Source: the human T2T-CHM13v2.0 reference genome, Homo sapiens. Taken from it: 64,000 nt of DNA. The DNA lies in the NCBI RefSeq assembly GCF_009914755.1, contig NC_060930.1; one strand, 5' to 3'. The notes under the pieces are model-generated. The model was not told where the DNA came from and ran no database searches. It saw only the letters and a list, made by a program, of their open reading frames with translations. Every line of letters starts with the position of its first letter. The stretch's first letter is position 1. The position numbers were made by a program, and so were the translations under genes. Of the stretch, positions 14,256 to 27,478 are shown in pieces.

Positions 14256-17059
14256 AGACAGTACATTGGAAAAAACAACATTTGTGAAAAATATTTTACC
14301 TGTGATTCTGAGCTGCAAATATTTTTAAAATTGTACAATGTACTCTAAAAATTGATGATGATAATTTACTATAGTAATTATATTGTAAAATAGAATGCTC
14401 TTAAATGATGTAAAACTAAAAATATAAAACAACATACAAATGCATTTAAAATGTTAAAAGGAAAGTAAATATATTTATAATAAATAACATTTAGAATGTA
14501 TATAATTAGTATGTTTAATGAGTACTAAATCTTTCTCTTTACAGAGTTACAGGAAATTCTGGTTTTGAGATTCTGTAATTTGTACAAACTCATTTTATTA
14601 AGGAGAGAAAATGGTGTTTAGAAATAGTCACTGAGAAATTGTTCTCTATTTCTACTAAGGAACCACCCTCTTCCTCTAGGCTATAAACTGGATCTTTTCC
14701 CTAACCCCCTACTTTTTTAAATAAAGCAGGAAAGTAATGATCTGGGCCACTTTTAAAGCACATTATTATAATATTTGAATTTAAGGTGTATTAAACATTC
14801 TGACATTAAGTGTCATCATTCTCATAGTCCCTAGGCCTGGGAACGTAGCCTGGCATGGAGGCACCATGAGGGAAGCAGGTAGCTGCATGATGTTCCCTAG
14901 GAGAAAAGAGGTTCAGGAAGCTGAGACAGACACAAGAAAGCTGGGAAAGCATAGCAAGGGGGAGGGAGAGAGAAGAGGTCTGGGTTGAAATCACGGAATG
15001 AGCAGGTTAGAAGAAAATGAACCTGCTAAGGAGGTCCAGGAGGAGGAGCCAGAAGCAAGGGAAATGAGAGGAAAATGCAGACACCACTAGAGAGCAGTTT
15101 GGTTGACCTGCCAAATGATTCAGAAGACTCGGAAGTGGAAAAATCTTCTTTTCCCATCTGCAGCCTCTCCAGAGAGAGATGATGATGATCCAGGAGCTGA
15201 GCTCAACGAAGACAGAAGTACATGCTCCTCTCTCCTCAAAGGGAAACATCAATGAAATTCACCTTGCTGAATGCTCAGACATTAATTTTCAAGGAAGGGT
15301 TCCAGCTCAGGATGGGGCTTAGGGTGTGGCCTATGAGGCACTCTCCTGGGGCACAAAATTTTAAAGGGTGCTAGAAATTCCAGTAATCAAGATAAATAAT
15401 ATTTTAATGCAATATTTTTAAAAACTGAAATTAATACAAAAAATCTGGGATGCACAAAATATCAGAAAGTTTAATAAATCCAGGCTGTTTTACCATGTGG
15501 CATTGTTGTGCAACAGCAATTGTCTCAGCCCATGTCCAGGGCATCTGAATGTTGACAATGGTGTGAAAACGGATTGGGCAGCACGGATTCATATATAGTC
15601 ATATTTTTAAAAAATATAGAGCTGTTATTGACTTCTCCACTTGGCCCAAACTATAAGAAGGTATTTTGATATATGTATATGGGGTTCTTTTTTTTCTTTA
15701 TACTTTAGGCTCTAATGTGGGACTGCTTCTGAAAGCATATATTTGATGAGGCAAAATTAAAAAGGGAAGGCAAGCAGGCTAAATACTTGAAGATGTTAAT
15801 TTTAAAAATAAGGAGCTGGGCACAGGGACCATTCCCTAAATTGCATTAGAGAATTGTATTGATGGGTTGAACATAGGGGTAAGGGGGAATTTAGAACTAG
15901 ATGAAACCAATTTGACTTGATCTCTCCATTTTACAAGATAATTTTGTTTGCAGTAAATACTAACAAAGTAGCTAGAGATTTTAGAGAAACCAAGAAGTGG
16001 TCTTTAAAGAGGCCACGGAAGAAAAGTTATTGAGTAAAAGTCATTCCCTAGAAAATAACACATTAATTAACATATCCAGGCATAGACACTTGACAGTTTG
16101 ACAAAGGTGGGCTCGGAAAGAGGAGAAGGCAAATGAATTAAATGACAAATTCTACACGGTTCCTGCAGTGATGCCTTTGCTTAGGCAGTAATACAGATTA
16201 GAATTTTAAAATGAAGAAAACGAACTGGACCAGCCTCCCTAAAATTATCAATAATAAATTTATGCTTCATTCAGACTCAATATGACTGAGGTTAGACAGT
16301 TCTCCGTTATAAAAGAAAATGTATCTATTAACTTGTTATCTTCAAGAACTGGGATTTTGCATTTTCAATGGTTTTGAGTTAAAAGTTTTTGTAGATTCCT
16401 TTTAAACATTTACTGCTTATTTATAAGTATGTTTATCATTTACTTAACCTCAGTTGAAGCATATTCTGCTTACATGTTATTAGATGTCTTGTTATAAATA
16501 AATGGATAGTATTTTAAGGTGAAAAATTTCATATATTAATGTTCACTGCTTAAAACTAAAAGGTGAAAGTTAAAATTATTTTATTAAAACATTTATTTTT
16601 ATGTTTGTATAATTTCATTTTGTTTAAAATGGCCTTCATTAACAGAGAAGGGATCTTGCACTGGCATTTTAAATGTTGGGATCTTTGCTTGTGGCCTTGG
16701 TTTCTGAGTGAGAAAAGGAAAGCCAAGTGGTATATAAATAAAATTTAGATAAAATAATCAAAAATTTAAAACTAAAGTATTTGAGTCATTATTCTCAAAT
16801 TTTTTGGGTTAAACCCAAACATAAATGGACATTCACTGTACAAAACAAAAATGTAATATTTTGTGGAATTTAAAATATATATGTAATTAAAATTCATGAC
16901 TACTATAAACAAACCAAGATTGCAGGTATAGCCTTCAGAGTAAGCATTAATAAAATATGTGACTAACAAATTAATAAGAAATTAGTGGACAAATAGAACT
17001 TTTGATTAATTAAAGAAAAAAGAATGTAGAGAAAGAGGACCATAAACTCAGGGGGTCAA

Positions 17060-17905
17060 GTGGAAATAACTGGTAAGACAAAAACACAACTATATCAGAT
17101 ATTACAATAAATATAAGTTAAACTAAATAAACCAAATAAGAAATAAAATACATTGAATAAGAAAGAAAGCCCAGCAATACGCAGCATAGAAGAAACACAT
17201 TTTAAATACAAGAACATATAAAATTAAAAGTAAGAGAACAGAAAATGTTTACTATGAAAAACATTAACAAAAAAAGATCATCTAGCTATGCTAAGATCAG
17301 AAAAGTATGCTTTAAGGAAACGAGCTTTATAAAAGTTAAAGAAGGGCATTTCAGAATAATAAAGGGGTCATTGAAACAATAGAGTGACATACTCCTGGGT
17401 CTGCATGTACTCAGTGACAAGGTTTCAAAATATATGACAGAAATGGAAGGAAATAAACGTGAAACAGACTTCCAAAAGCTGACAGAATAAAGGGACAAAA
17501 AAAATTTAGTAAGGTTTGAAAAGATTTGAATATCATCATTAATTTGACCTAGTTAACATATATAGAATAGTGCACTGAACAACAAGGAAATGAATGACTA
17601 AGTGCAATGGATACCAATATTAACTATATGCTGGCCACAAATTAAGTCTTACCAAAGAATTTACTAATTCAGAATATATTCTCTGATTACATCAGAATTA
17701 AGACAAAATAATGAGAAGAAAGCTACCAAAATCTCCGCCTGCTTAGAAATCAAGCAATAAATGTCTATTCAATACATAGACCAAAAAAGAAATCAAAACA
17801 GACATTAGAAAATATATTTAACTAAATGATAATAAAGGTATAGCATATAAAAATCTCATGAGATACAGCAAAAGAGGTGCTTAAATAAAATTCTATGATC
17901 TTATG
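17060..17905 (+). mobile_element. Old L1 ORF2 (endonuclease region) fragment
   Basis: A-rich; 'gaagggcatttcagaataataaaggggtca' and 'atattctctgattacatcagaattaag' are degenerate L1 endonuclease-coding sequence. Confidence 0.7.
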
Positions 17906-17909
17906 TTGA

Positions 17910-18169
17910 TCCAAGGGTACCAACTTTCTGTTATAAAAATAAGATCTGGGGATCTAATGTACAGCATGGTGACAATAGTTAATAATATTGTATTGTATAC
18001 TTGGAATTAGCTAAGAGAGTTTATCTTGAGTTCTCATCAAAAAAACAAAAATTAAAAAGGGAAACTACGTGAGTTGAGGGAAGAATATGTTAATTAACTT
18101 CATTGTGGTAATCACTTTACAATATATACCTGTATTGAATCTTCATGTTGTACACTTTAAATATACACT

Positions 18170-18208
<39 letters not shown>

Positions 18209-18340
18209 TTTTCTGTGACAGAATCTTGCTGTTTCACCCAGGCCTGGTCAGGAGTTCGAGACCAACCTGGACAACATAGCTAAATATATACTTTAAATAT
18301 GTGAATTTTATTTTTCAGTTATTCCTTAACAAGCTGAAAT
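17910..18340 (+). mobile_element. L1MA9-like 3' end, interrupted by a rearranged Alu
   Basis: 'ggggatctaatgtacagcatggtgacaatagttaataatattgtattgtatacttg'. Confidence 0.8.
18173..18280 (-). mobile_element. Truncated Alu with an inverted internal segment
   Basis: (TTTA)n tail plus ~30 bp of antisense Alu 3' end, fused to a sense left-arm piece 'ggtcaggagttcgagaccaacctggacaacatagc'. TSD taaatatacacttta (18158-18172) / taaatatatacttta (18281-18295). Confidence 0.85.
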
Positions 18341-18389
18341 TTTTTATAATTTTAAATGTACATATTAAAAGGGATGAGAAAGATTCATC

Positions 18390-19247
18390 AGTATTTGCTG
18401 CTTCACATTGCACAATTATGTTATGGAGGTGGCTTCTTTCCTTAAACCTCATGTACCCACCTCTGCTGGCTTACAACTTTTTTCTGTGGCTTCCTCACCT
18501 CTCTCAGCCTCCATAGAAGTTCTTGCTCTGGATTAGGCTTCAGCTTAAGGGAATGTTGTGGTGGGTTTGACCTTCTAACCAGACCACTAAAACTTTTTCC
18601 ATATCAGCAATAAGGCTGTTTTGCTTTCTTATCATGCATACGTTCACTGGAGAAGTACTTTGAATTTCCTTCAAGAAAGTTTCCTTTGCATTCAGAAGTT
18701 GGCCAACTGTTTTTTTGCAAGAGGTTTAGTTTTTGGCCTATCTTGGTTTTCAACATGCCTTCCTCACTAACCATGTCTAGCCTTTGATTTAAAGTGAAAG
18801 ACGTGTGACTCTTCCTTTCACTTAGAGGGCATCGTACTCATTTGCCTAAATTCAATACTGTTGTGTCTCAGGGAACAGGGAAGCCTAAGGAGAGGGAGAG
18901 AGACAGGGGAATGGCTGGTTGGTGGAGCAGTCAGAACGCACATAACATTGATTAAGTTCACCATCTTACGTGGGCACAGTTCATGGTGCTCCAAAACAAT
19001 TACCATAGTAACATCAAGGATCACTGACCACAGATCACCATAACAGACGTAATGATAATTTAAAAAGTTTGAAATATTGAAGAAATTGCAAAAAATGTGA
19101 CACAAAGACACAAAGTGAGCATATGCTGTTGGAAAAATGGCACCAATAGACTTGCTCGAAGCAGGATTGTTGCAAACCTTTAATTTGTGAAAAATGCTGT
19201 ATCTCTGAAGCACAATAAAGTGAAGCATGGTAAAATAAGGTTTTTCT
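18390..19247 (-). mobile_element. Tigger1 5' fragment (decayed transposase N-terminus)
   Basis: Reverse complement matches the Tigger1 5' end ('caagtctattggtgccatttttccaacagcat', 'gtgaaaggaagagtcacacgtctttcactttaaatcaaa'). Confidence 0.92.
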
Positions 19248-19292
19248 ATATTATATATATATATATGTATACATACAAAAAACTACCAAAAG

Positions 19293-19380
19293 AGGAGATG
19301 GCAAACTATGGCCCCAGAGCAAATCTTTCTCACAGCCTGTTTCTTGAAGCTAGATATGGTTTTTATATTTTTAAATCTTT
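19293..19380 (+). mobile_element. MER58-like hAT-Charlie fragment
   Basis: 'ggcaaactatggcccc...gcaaatc...cagcctgttt...aagctag..atggtttttatatttttaaat'. Confidence 0.4.
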
Positions 19381-19407
19381 ATGAATAAGAAAAGAAGGAG
19401 AAATAGG

Positions 19408-19806
19408 AGAAGATTTGCTATACAACATAGTGCCTATAAATAATACTGGTATTGTGCACCTGAATATTTAAGACTGTAGACTTATGTTAAGTCTCCAAAC
19501 AATGATGTAATCTTTCGTTGAATTTAAAATATATATAATTAAAATTCATAACTACAATAAACAAATCAAGAATGCAGGTATAGCCTTCAGAGTAAGCACT
19601 AATAGAATGTATGACATACACACATATGTATACACACAGACACACACATAAAGGGGCATAGGGAAACTTTTGGAGGTGATGCACGTGTTTATTACCTTGA
19701 TTTTGATGATGGTATCACAGTTGTGTGCCTACGTCCAAATGCTTCAAGTTGTACACATTTAGCATGTGCATTTTTTATACAGTTATACCCCAATAAAGCT
19801 GATAAA
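19408..19806 (+). mobile_element. L1MB-like 3' end carrying a 111-bp insert
   Basis: 'ggaaacttttggaggtgatg...ttattaccttgat...ttataccccaataaagctg'. Confidence 0.8.
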
Positions 19807-20330
19807 GGTACATCAGGGAGTTTATTAATAAAATATTGAGTTATTTGCATTTTTAATATTTGTGGTGTTCATCAACTTTTATAATTAGTAACTGAGGAAG
19901 ATATTTTTACTCATTCTAAATAAATATTTACTTTTGTTCCTAATTTTGGGTTTCTTGTTTTGCATTTTTAAAAAAGTTCCTCCCAATTGTCAAAGTTTCT
20001 GGGCCCACAAAATCTGGACCTGCTCCTAATTTTTTGCCACATATCTGAGTCTGGGTATTTTCTTCGTGGCTTTTAGGGGGCTTTGGGGTTCTACTGCCAT
20101 GCCTGTGATTCCTAGTATTTGGAAGGTAACTAGAGGTTGCAGACCAGAAGGAACAGAAAGCCACCTGACCTAAGCTCTAGCTGTGGTAGAAAAAGGTGTG
20201 TAGGCCTGCTATGGTGACATAGGGCTAGTTACTTTACCTGTCCCTTTGCTCTACACAACTGATACTATGCATAGTTCCTTCTACCTCAATCCAGGCCCTG
20301 TTACCTCTGTATTGTATCACCAAATTGTAA

Positions 20331-20673
<343 letters not shown>

Positions 20674-22523
20674 TCCATGATGTTAAAATGAGATATTTGT
20701 GATATACAGCATGCTGAACAATCTCTAACATGATAATTAGAATAACCTTCAAATATGTAAATTCTATCCATACCTTAGAGCACATTTTAAAATTCCCTGT
20801 CTTCTATTATATTACTTGCTCCCAAATATTCAAAATTATTAATTCAATTGATTGATTCTGAGAAGACGGTAGGGTGATGGCTTAGTTTTTCAATCTCTCT
20901 AAATCTCCACACAAAAATAGAGGGAACAGTAAAGAAACAAAAATCTGGGCATCTGTTAGGATTTAGTATATATTTTTTACTATTTACCTATGATATGCTC
21001 TATTTCATGTGAATATAGTTTGTTTTACTACTATAATTCCTTATAACCAAGACTAATATAATAGATTTTCTGTATTCTCCAGTAGATCTAAGTGAGTTTC
21101 CACTTCATATTGAATCATCACTAAGTAAACCTATTTATATTCCTGAGGAAATTTATATTTGAAAACAACTGGGAAAGCATGCCCTGAAGTAGGTGGTAAT
21201 GATAAAAGTTAATTTTGATGGAGTGGCGTTTTCAAATGAGTCAAATGTGGCCAGTAGCTCCTCATCTATAAAAAATACAAAAGTAAATTCAGCCCTAATT
21301 TGGTGAATCAATCACTTTTTCATTTCATTGACTCTTGAACCAAGGGATTATGTTCACTCTTGAATATAAAACCTCATTCATTAAAAGACAGCCTTTGACC
21401 AAACCAATTCCATTTATACAAATGCAATTAATTTAAAGGAGCTGAGTGCTCCTTTGCACAATGCTTTGCAGCAGTAGTATGCTCATCAAATCCAATGTGG
21501 TTGTTTACAGTTATTATAGAAACATTATCTCCAATGAGCCAAAACTACTTCTAGGAAATGTAGTAGTTATATTTATCTCCAAAATGTTTTCTTTCTCAAA
21601 ATTATTTTATCTGTAAATGATAAAACAGCAAGATTTATCAGTTTTTACTTCTATAAGTTACAAATACTGAAATGTCCCACATAAACCTTGTTCAGTTATG
21701 AACACATTTATGAACCATAAGTTATGGTGTCTTCAAACCATTTGCATTTTTGGAGCAATAATTTTTAAATGTTATTTCCTCATACAATTCATGACAGATG
21801 ATGTTCAAATATGGATGCACTCCTTCTCATGCATACAATTATATATTTATGAAACCTAATATTTACAGGGACATAAAGTACTGCAGTAATTCATGCATAC
21901 TGCTTTTATTAATGACAGGTGGTTCCCAGATGGGACCATCAACTGCCGGTACAAGGCACAGTGTCCTGGCCATAATCCAACTCTATCTCCCCAACTCAGG
22001 AAAATCTACCAAAACACAATAATATTAGTATGACAATAACCATGTTCTACTCTGCAAAAATGTTATGAGTTAAAATTTTACTTTAATTATTTGTGGAAAT
22101 AGTCACTTGCAGTACTTTGGATTAGTATGTCATGAACCAGAGATTAAGAATTACAGTTTGAGGTTATAATCAGATCTCTCTATTCAATTTCCTGCCGTAA
22201 ACTTTTCATTTAAAAACAAGTCAGGATTCAATCTATGTTTGCTATATAAAGGTATTAAGTATATGAGGAAAATAAGTGTATATATATTAATATTGCAATT
22301 ATATGTCTTTGGAGCTCAGAGAGATTAAATTATCAAGCCTGTGCTCAGCCAGGATTAGAAACAATTCTTTTTAATTCCAATTACTTTAAATTTTACTAAA
22401 ACCAATTGACTAAATCCAAAAGTAAAAAAAAGTACTGAATTTTGCAAGAAATGAAATTTTATAAACATTTTTAGAAAACATTATTTCACACATACTAAAA
22501 AGTTGCAAAAATTATACAAAGAA

Positions 22524-22826
<303 letters not shown>

Positions 22827-22869
22827 CTAAAGGCCTCAAATGTTAACATTTCACATTTTCTTTACTCTC

Positions 22870-23018
22870 TCTCTCCATAGATAGAGATATGTTATATATA
22901 AAAAATATCTACATTGTATTTATATACATATGTATATATAAATTTGTTATATTAACACATACATATGTTATATATATAACAAATTTATACATACACATAC
23001 TTATGTGTGTGTATATAC

Positions 23019-23049
<31 letters not shown>

Positions 23050-23050
23050 T
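22870..23050. repeat. (TA)n/(CA)n low-complexity tract
   Basis: Visible alternating dinucleotide repeats. Confidence 0.9.
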
Positions 23051-24279
23051 TCTGAGTCATTTAGGAGTAAATTATGGAGATATATCCCTTTATTCCTAAA
23101 TTATTCAGTTTGTATTTCCTGGAAAACAAATTCTCTTATATAAACACCTGACAGTGATTAAAACTAGGAAATTAACTTTGATATAATGTTATCATCTCAT
23201 GTACAGACTTTATTCAAATTTCACCAACTTCCCATTAATATTCTTTAAAGAAAGGGCAAAAAATAGTTTCTTCTGCAAAATCTAATATAAGGTTCTTTTT
23301 TTATTTAGTTATTGTGCACCTTTGGTCTCTTTTGACCTGGAACTGTCTTTTATGACCTTTACATTTTGAAGAGCACAGATCACTTATTGCAAAGAATATT
23401 GTTCATTTTGTTTTTATCTGATGTTTCCTCAGAGTTAGATTTCAGTTATGGGTTTTGTGCAGAGTAGCACAAAAGTGATGTTGTGTACTTAGCGCCTGAT
23501 ATGAGAATGAACATTATAGTACACAATTGTTCCATCTTGATCCCTTGGTTAAGATGCTGTCTGCTAGGTTCCTCCATTGTAGAGTCACCATCTTCACTTT
23601 GTCACTAATAAGTATTTTATGAAGGAGATGCTTTGAGGTTATATAAATATTATCTTTCTCATCAATTTGCATCCATTAGTTTTTAGCTTTCATGGATGTT
23701 TCTTGCCAGAAATAATTATTATGGTGTTTGCCAAATGTTGATCTTGTATCTCATTTTTCTTTTAAAATGTATTAGCTGTCATTGTCCTATAAATAATGCC
23801 TTCATTTATCCATTTATCATTTTTTATTTCAGTGGGTTATAATTCTTTACTGACATTTTTATCCTCAGAGTTATCCTATATTTGGCCAGTGGGATGCCTT
23901 TCAAACAGACTCCTATGTCCTTTTCACATGGTCCCATCATTCTTTGAGCACGTTCTTACTTTCTGACACAGAAAGCTTCTCCAGGTTCATCTTGTATTTT
24001 TTCATTCCATGCCCGAGAATTAGCCAGTTCTCCAGGGAGCCCTGGATCTTTTTAGAGACGAAAGGTATTTATAAACAAAGAGCTAAGGGCTATACGAACC
24101 CTGTAGCAATCTACTTTGTAAAAACATTTATTTATACATACACACCAATATCTGTCTATACATTAATCTAATATCTATCATTTATCTTTATAACTATGAG
24201 CTCATCCCCATCCCTCCAATTCTAACAAAATACCATATGCCATTCTAGTGTCTTTCAGACTTGGAATTTGATTTTGGGT

Positions 24280-24700
24280 TATTTTAACGAGTTAGCCTGC
24301 CACGGTTTCATGGATGCTAATAGAAGATACAAGACTTCTGAGTCAGAGACAAAGGACATTTTACTCACAGCATAGCAAGCAACATGATTTGCGTGGGATC
24401 CTCTTGCTCTCAAGTCCCATGGGGATGATGTGCGGGCCGCAGATGGGAACTGGATACACAGTGGATTTGCAGCATGGCTGAAGAACTTATTGGTTTGTAG
24501 CAAAATAAGCAAACCTGTTTTTTTGTCTTGACGTCATGACTTCATCTCTCAAAACTGCTTGCACATCCAACGCTGAGAAACGGCCTGGATAAAAAGTGGC
24601 GAGGGTGTTGCATTCCTGGCACACCCAGCAATGATGCACAGGGATGCCCAGAGCCCTTCGTGGATTGCTGCTCCAAACGCTTACCCTTCCCATTTTGTGA
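24280..24700 (-). mobile_element. Old solo LTR (ERVL, LTR40-like)
   Basis: 'ctgccacggtttcatggatgc...gagtcagagacaaaggac...actcacagca' resembles LTR40-type sequence from memory; a GC-richer island inside an L1. Confidence 0.45.
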
Positions 24701-25086
24701 TACTCTTTTCTGATGATAGCAAACCTGACTTCTGCTACGCTTCATTCATTTATGTATCTGCTCAATCCTACAGTATGCACTAAGAAGTTTCAGAATTTCT
24801 AAACTATACCTCTGAAACACTAACCTACCAACTACTAACTTGTTTGCCTTTTTTTTTTTTAGCCAGAAAGTATATAGTCAAAATACCAAATTCAACAAGT
24901 AATTGGGTTAGTTCCTTATTTCTCAGTTGAGTGTATTATGTTATTCATTTCCTTCTGTTTGTATTCTATGGTACCCCTCCCTTTTTATTTATTTTATTTG
25001 CTTTTAAAGATTAAAAAAAAACATGTTCTTTCCCTGAAAATTTCAAAAAAAAAAGAAAAAGAAAAAGAAAAACATAGCATGTTCTA

Positions 25087-25290
25087 ACAGACACGGGCCG
25101 ATTTGAGGGTGAATGGTGGCAGAAGGGAGATGATCAGGAAAAATACTTATCAAGTATGGTGTTGATTACCTGGGTGATGAAATAATCCATACACCAAACT
25201 TCTGTGCCACATAATTTGCTTATATGACAAACCTGCGCATGTACTCCTGAACCTAAAATAAAAGTTAGAATTAATTAATTAATTAATAAA
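25087..25290 (+). mobile_element. L1PA15/16-like 3' end
   Basis: 'tacctgggtgatgaaataatc...acaaacctgcgcatgtactcctgaacctaaaataaaagtt'; TSD atagcatgttcta / atagcatattcta. Confidence 0.85.
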
Positions 25291-26978
25291 ATAGCATATT
25301 CTAAAAATCAAATCCATACCAAACATATACTAGGAAAAATGTCACTCCATTGTTACCCTATCCCTATCCCTTCTCCCCATAATTTCTATCTCATTTCAAA
25401 CCACCCTGGTGAAAGACAAGTTTCTCATTTTATTTCTTCTTCTCAAGTTCACCAGCTTTTCATTGTCGATGTTCTGAATCACATAACTTTTGGATAAGAA
25501 ATTACTTTCTAGACAACCAATCATATTTTTACAAAAGATTATACTCTCTTTAGCTATTCATAACCAATTGAAAATGAAAGAAATCAACCTCAAACAATCT
25601 TGTCCCTCTTGAAAATAGGAAATCAAATCAAATTAGAACTGTTTTCTAACGCCCGCTATGTTGGAAAGCTCTTGGTAAGGATACACAAATCTTCCTAGTT
25701 TATTAGGAATAAATTTGGGAATTAAGCATCTATTCTACCTTTCTTGTACAAAGTGCATTTGTGAGTAATCAAACAGTTGATAAAAGAACCTTCTTTCTGA
25801 AATAATTCTAAACAAATTCAGAAAGAATTTAAAATACATGTAATATTTTTCCTAATAAAATCATAGAACTAGGTAACATTCATCAGTTTTAAAATCCTTA
25901 GGTAAAGGCCAATAGGAAACCTTACAATGGATGGATCAGGTTGATCACACATGAATTCACAGATCAATCTTAATATCAAGTAAAAGGGATTGAAACAAGA
26001 CGTCATGTACCATCTGATACAGAGCAATAGAAAGCACTCACAACCACCTATGAAATGTTCTTGTCAAAAGGAATTTAGTTAAGCATCTAGATCTGACTTT
26101 CAGTTCATAGGACATTCATAGAGTAAATGAGCATGTTTAAAACAATACCATGATGCTGCTATTCAGATTGTGGGAAATTCCAACAAACAAACAGCAAGAA
26201 AAAATGAAGGAGAAAAACTGTAATATATCAACAGAGGTTAAGAGGCATATTACACAAAGGCAATGTGTAGACTTTGTATCTTCATTTGAATAAGCCAACT
26301 GAAACAATGCATTTACAATAGAACCAGCAAAATTGGAACACTATTTAGATACAATTTTATGCTCTGGAATTATTGTTTTTAGGTGTGATAATGACATTCT
26401 CCTCATATTTTTTTAAAGTTCCTGCCCTTTAAAGATACACTGTTAGGTATTTACAGATGAAATGATATCATATCTAGGAATTCAATTAAACTATGCCAAT
26501 GGGGGTGATTAGGCAGAAATATGAATTAAACTACATTTTTATGTTTGAAGTTTTTCACAATAAAAACATGTTTTTAAAAACCATTTTTTAGCTTTTTTCC
26601 TTAGGGACATTAAAAATTTTAAATAGAAATTTGGACATTTGTAAAACTAAGTTTTAAAGACTACAGCTATTAAATAAAATAGTTGCTTTGCTAAACTTTA
26701 TCAAGCTAAAAAGGCTCTAATATTTATGAAGACCAGCTTCGTTTTACTTGAGTCACCTCCTTATTTTTATGACTTGATGTATCATTTGTTTTTGGATCCT
26801 GCAGTCTGAGTATAGCAAGAGAGTGCCGGAAACATGGAGAGCCAGAACTAACTGATATGGGCTGATTTTGAAAATACTATTACTTGTTTGAAGTTGAGAT
26901 TACCTCAGACCAATTTTCTCAAGCAGCTAGTGTCTATGTTTTCTAGAGTTAAATTTATTTCATATTGCAAGTATTTTA

Positions 26979-27289
<311 letters not shown>

Positions 27290-27478
27290 CTAAAATTCAA
27301 GGTGTAAAATGTTGATTCATATTAAATTTTAAATAACATTTTATTAAAAGGTCAAATAGTAGTAATCTGGCAAATTATGTGTGTGTGTGTGTTTGTATGT
27401 GTGTGTGAATATATATATAGAGAGAGACATAGCTTACTCTATTACTGTTTTATTTTATCTTCAATTGACGAATGATTG

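Noticed and set aside
15305-15720. Possible hAT-Tip100-type MITE (similar case at ~19820-20030)
   Set aside because: Looks repeat-derived, but I could not fix the family or termini well enough to report it.
18818-19228. 136-aa minus-strand ORF
   Set aside because: Tigger1 5' non-coding region read through by chance; the transposase frame is disrupted.
24529-24536. CRE palindrome in the old LTR
   Set aside because: Single 8-mer without a supporting motif cluster; expected by chance in 64 kb.
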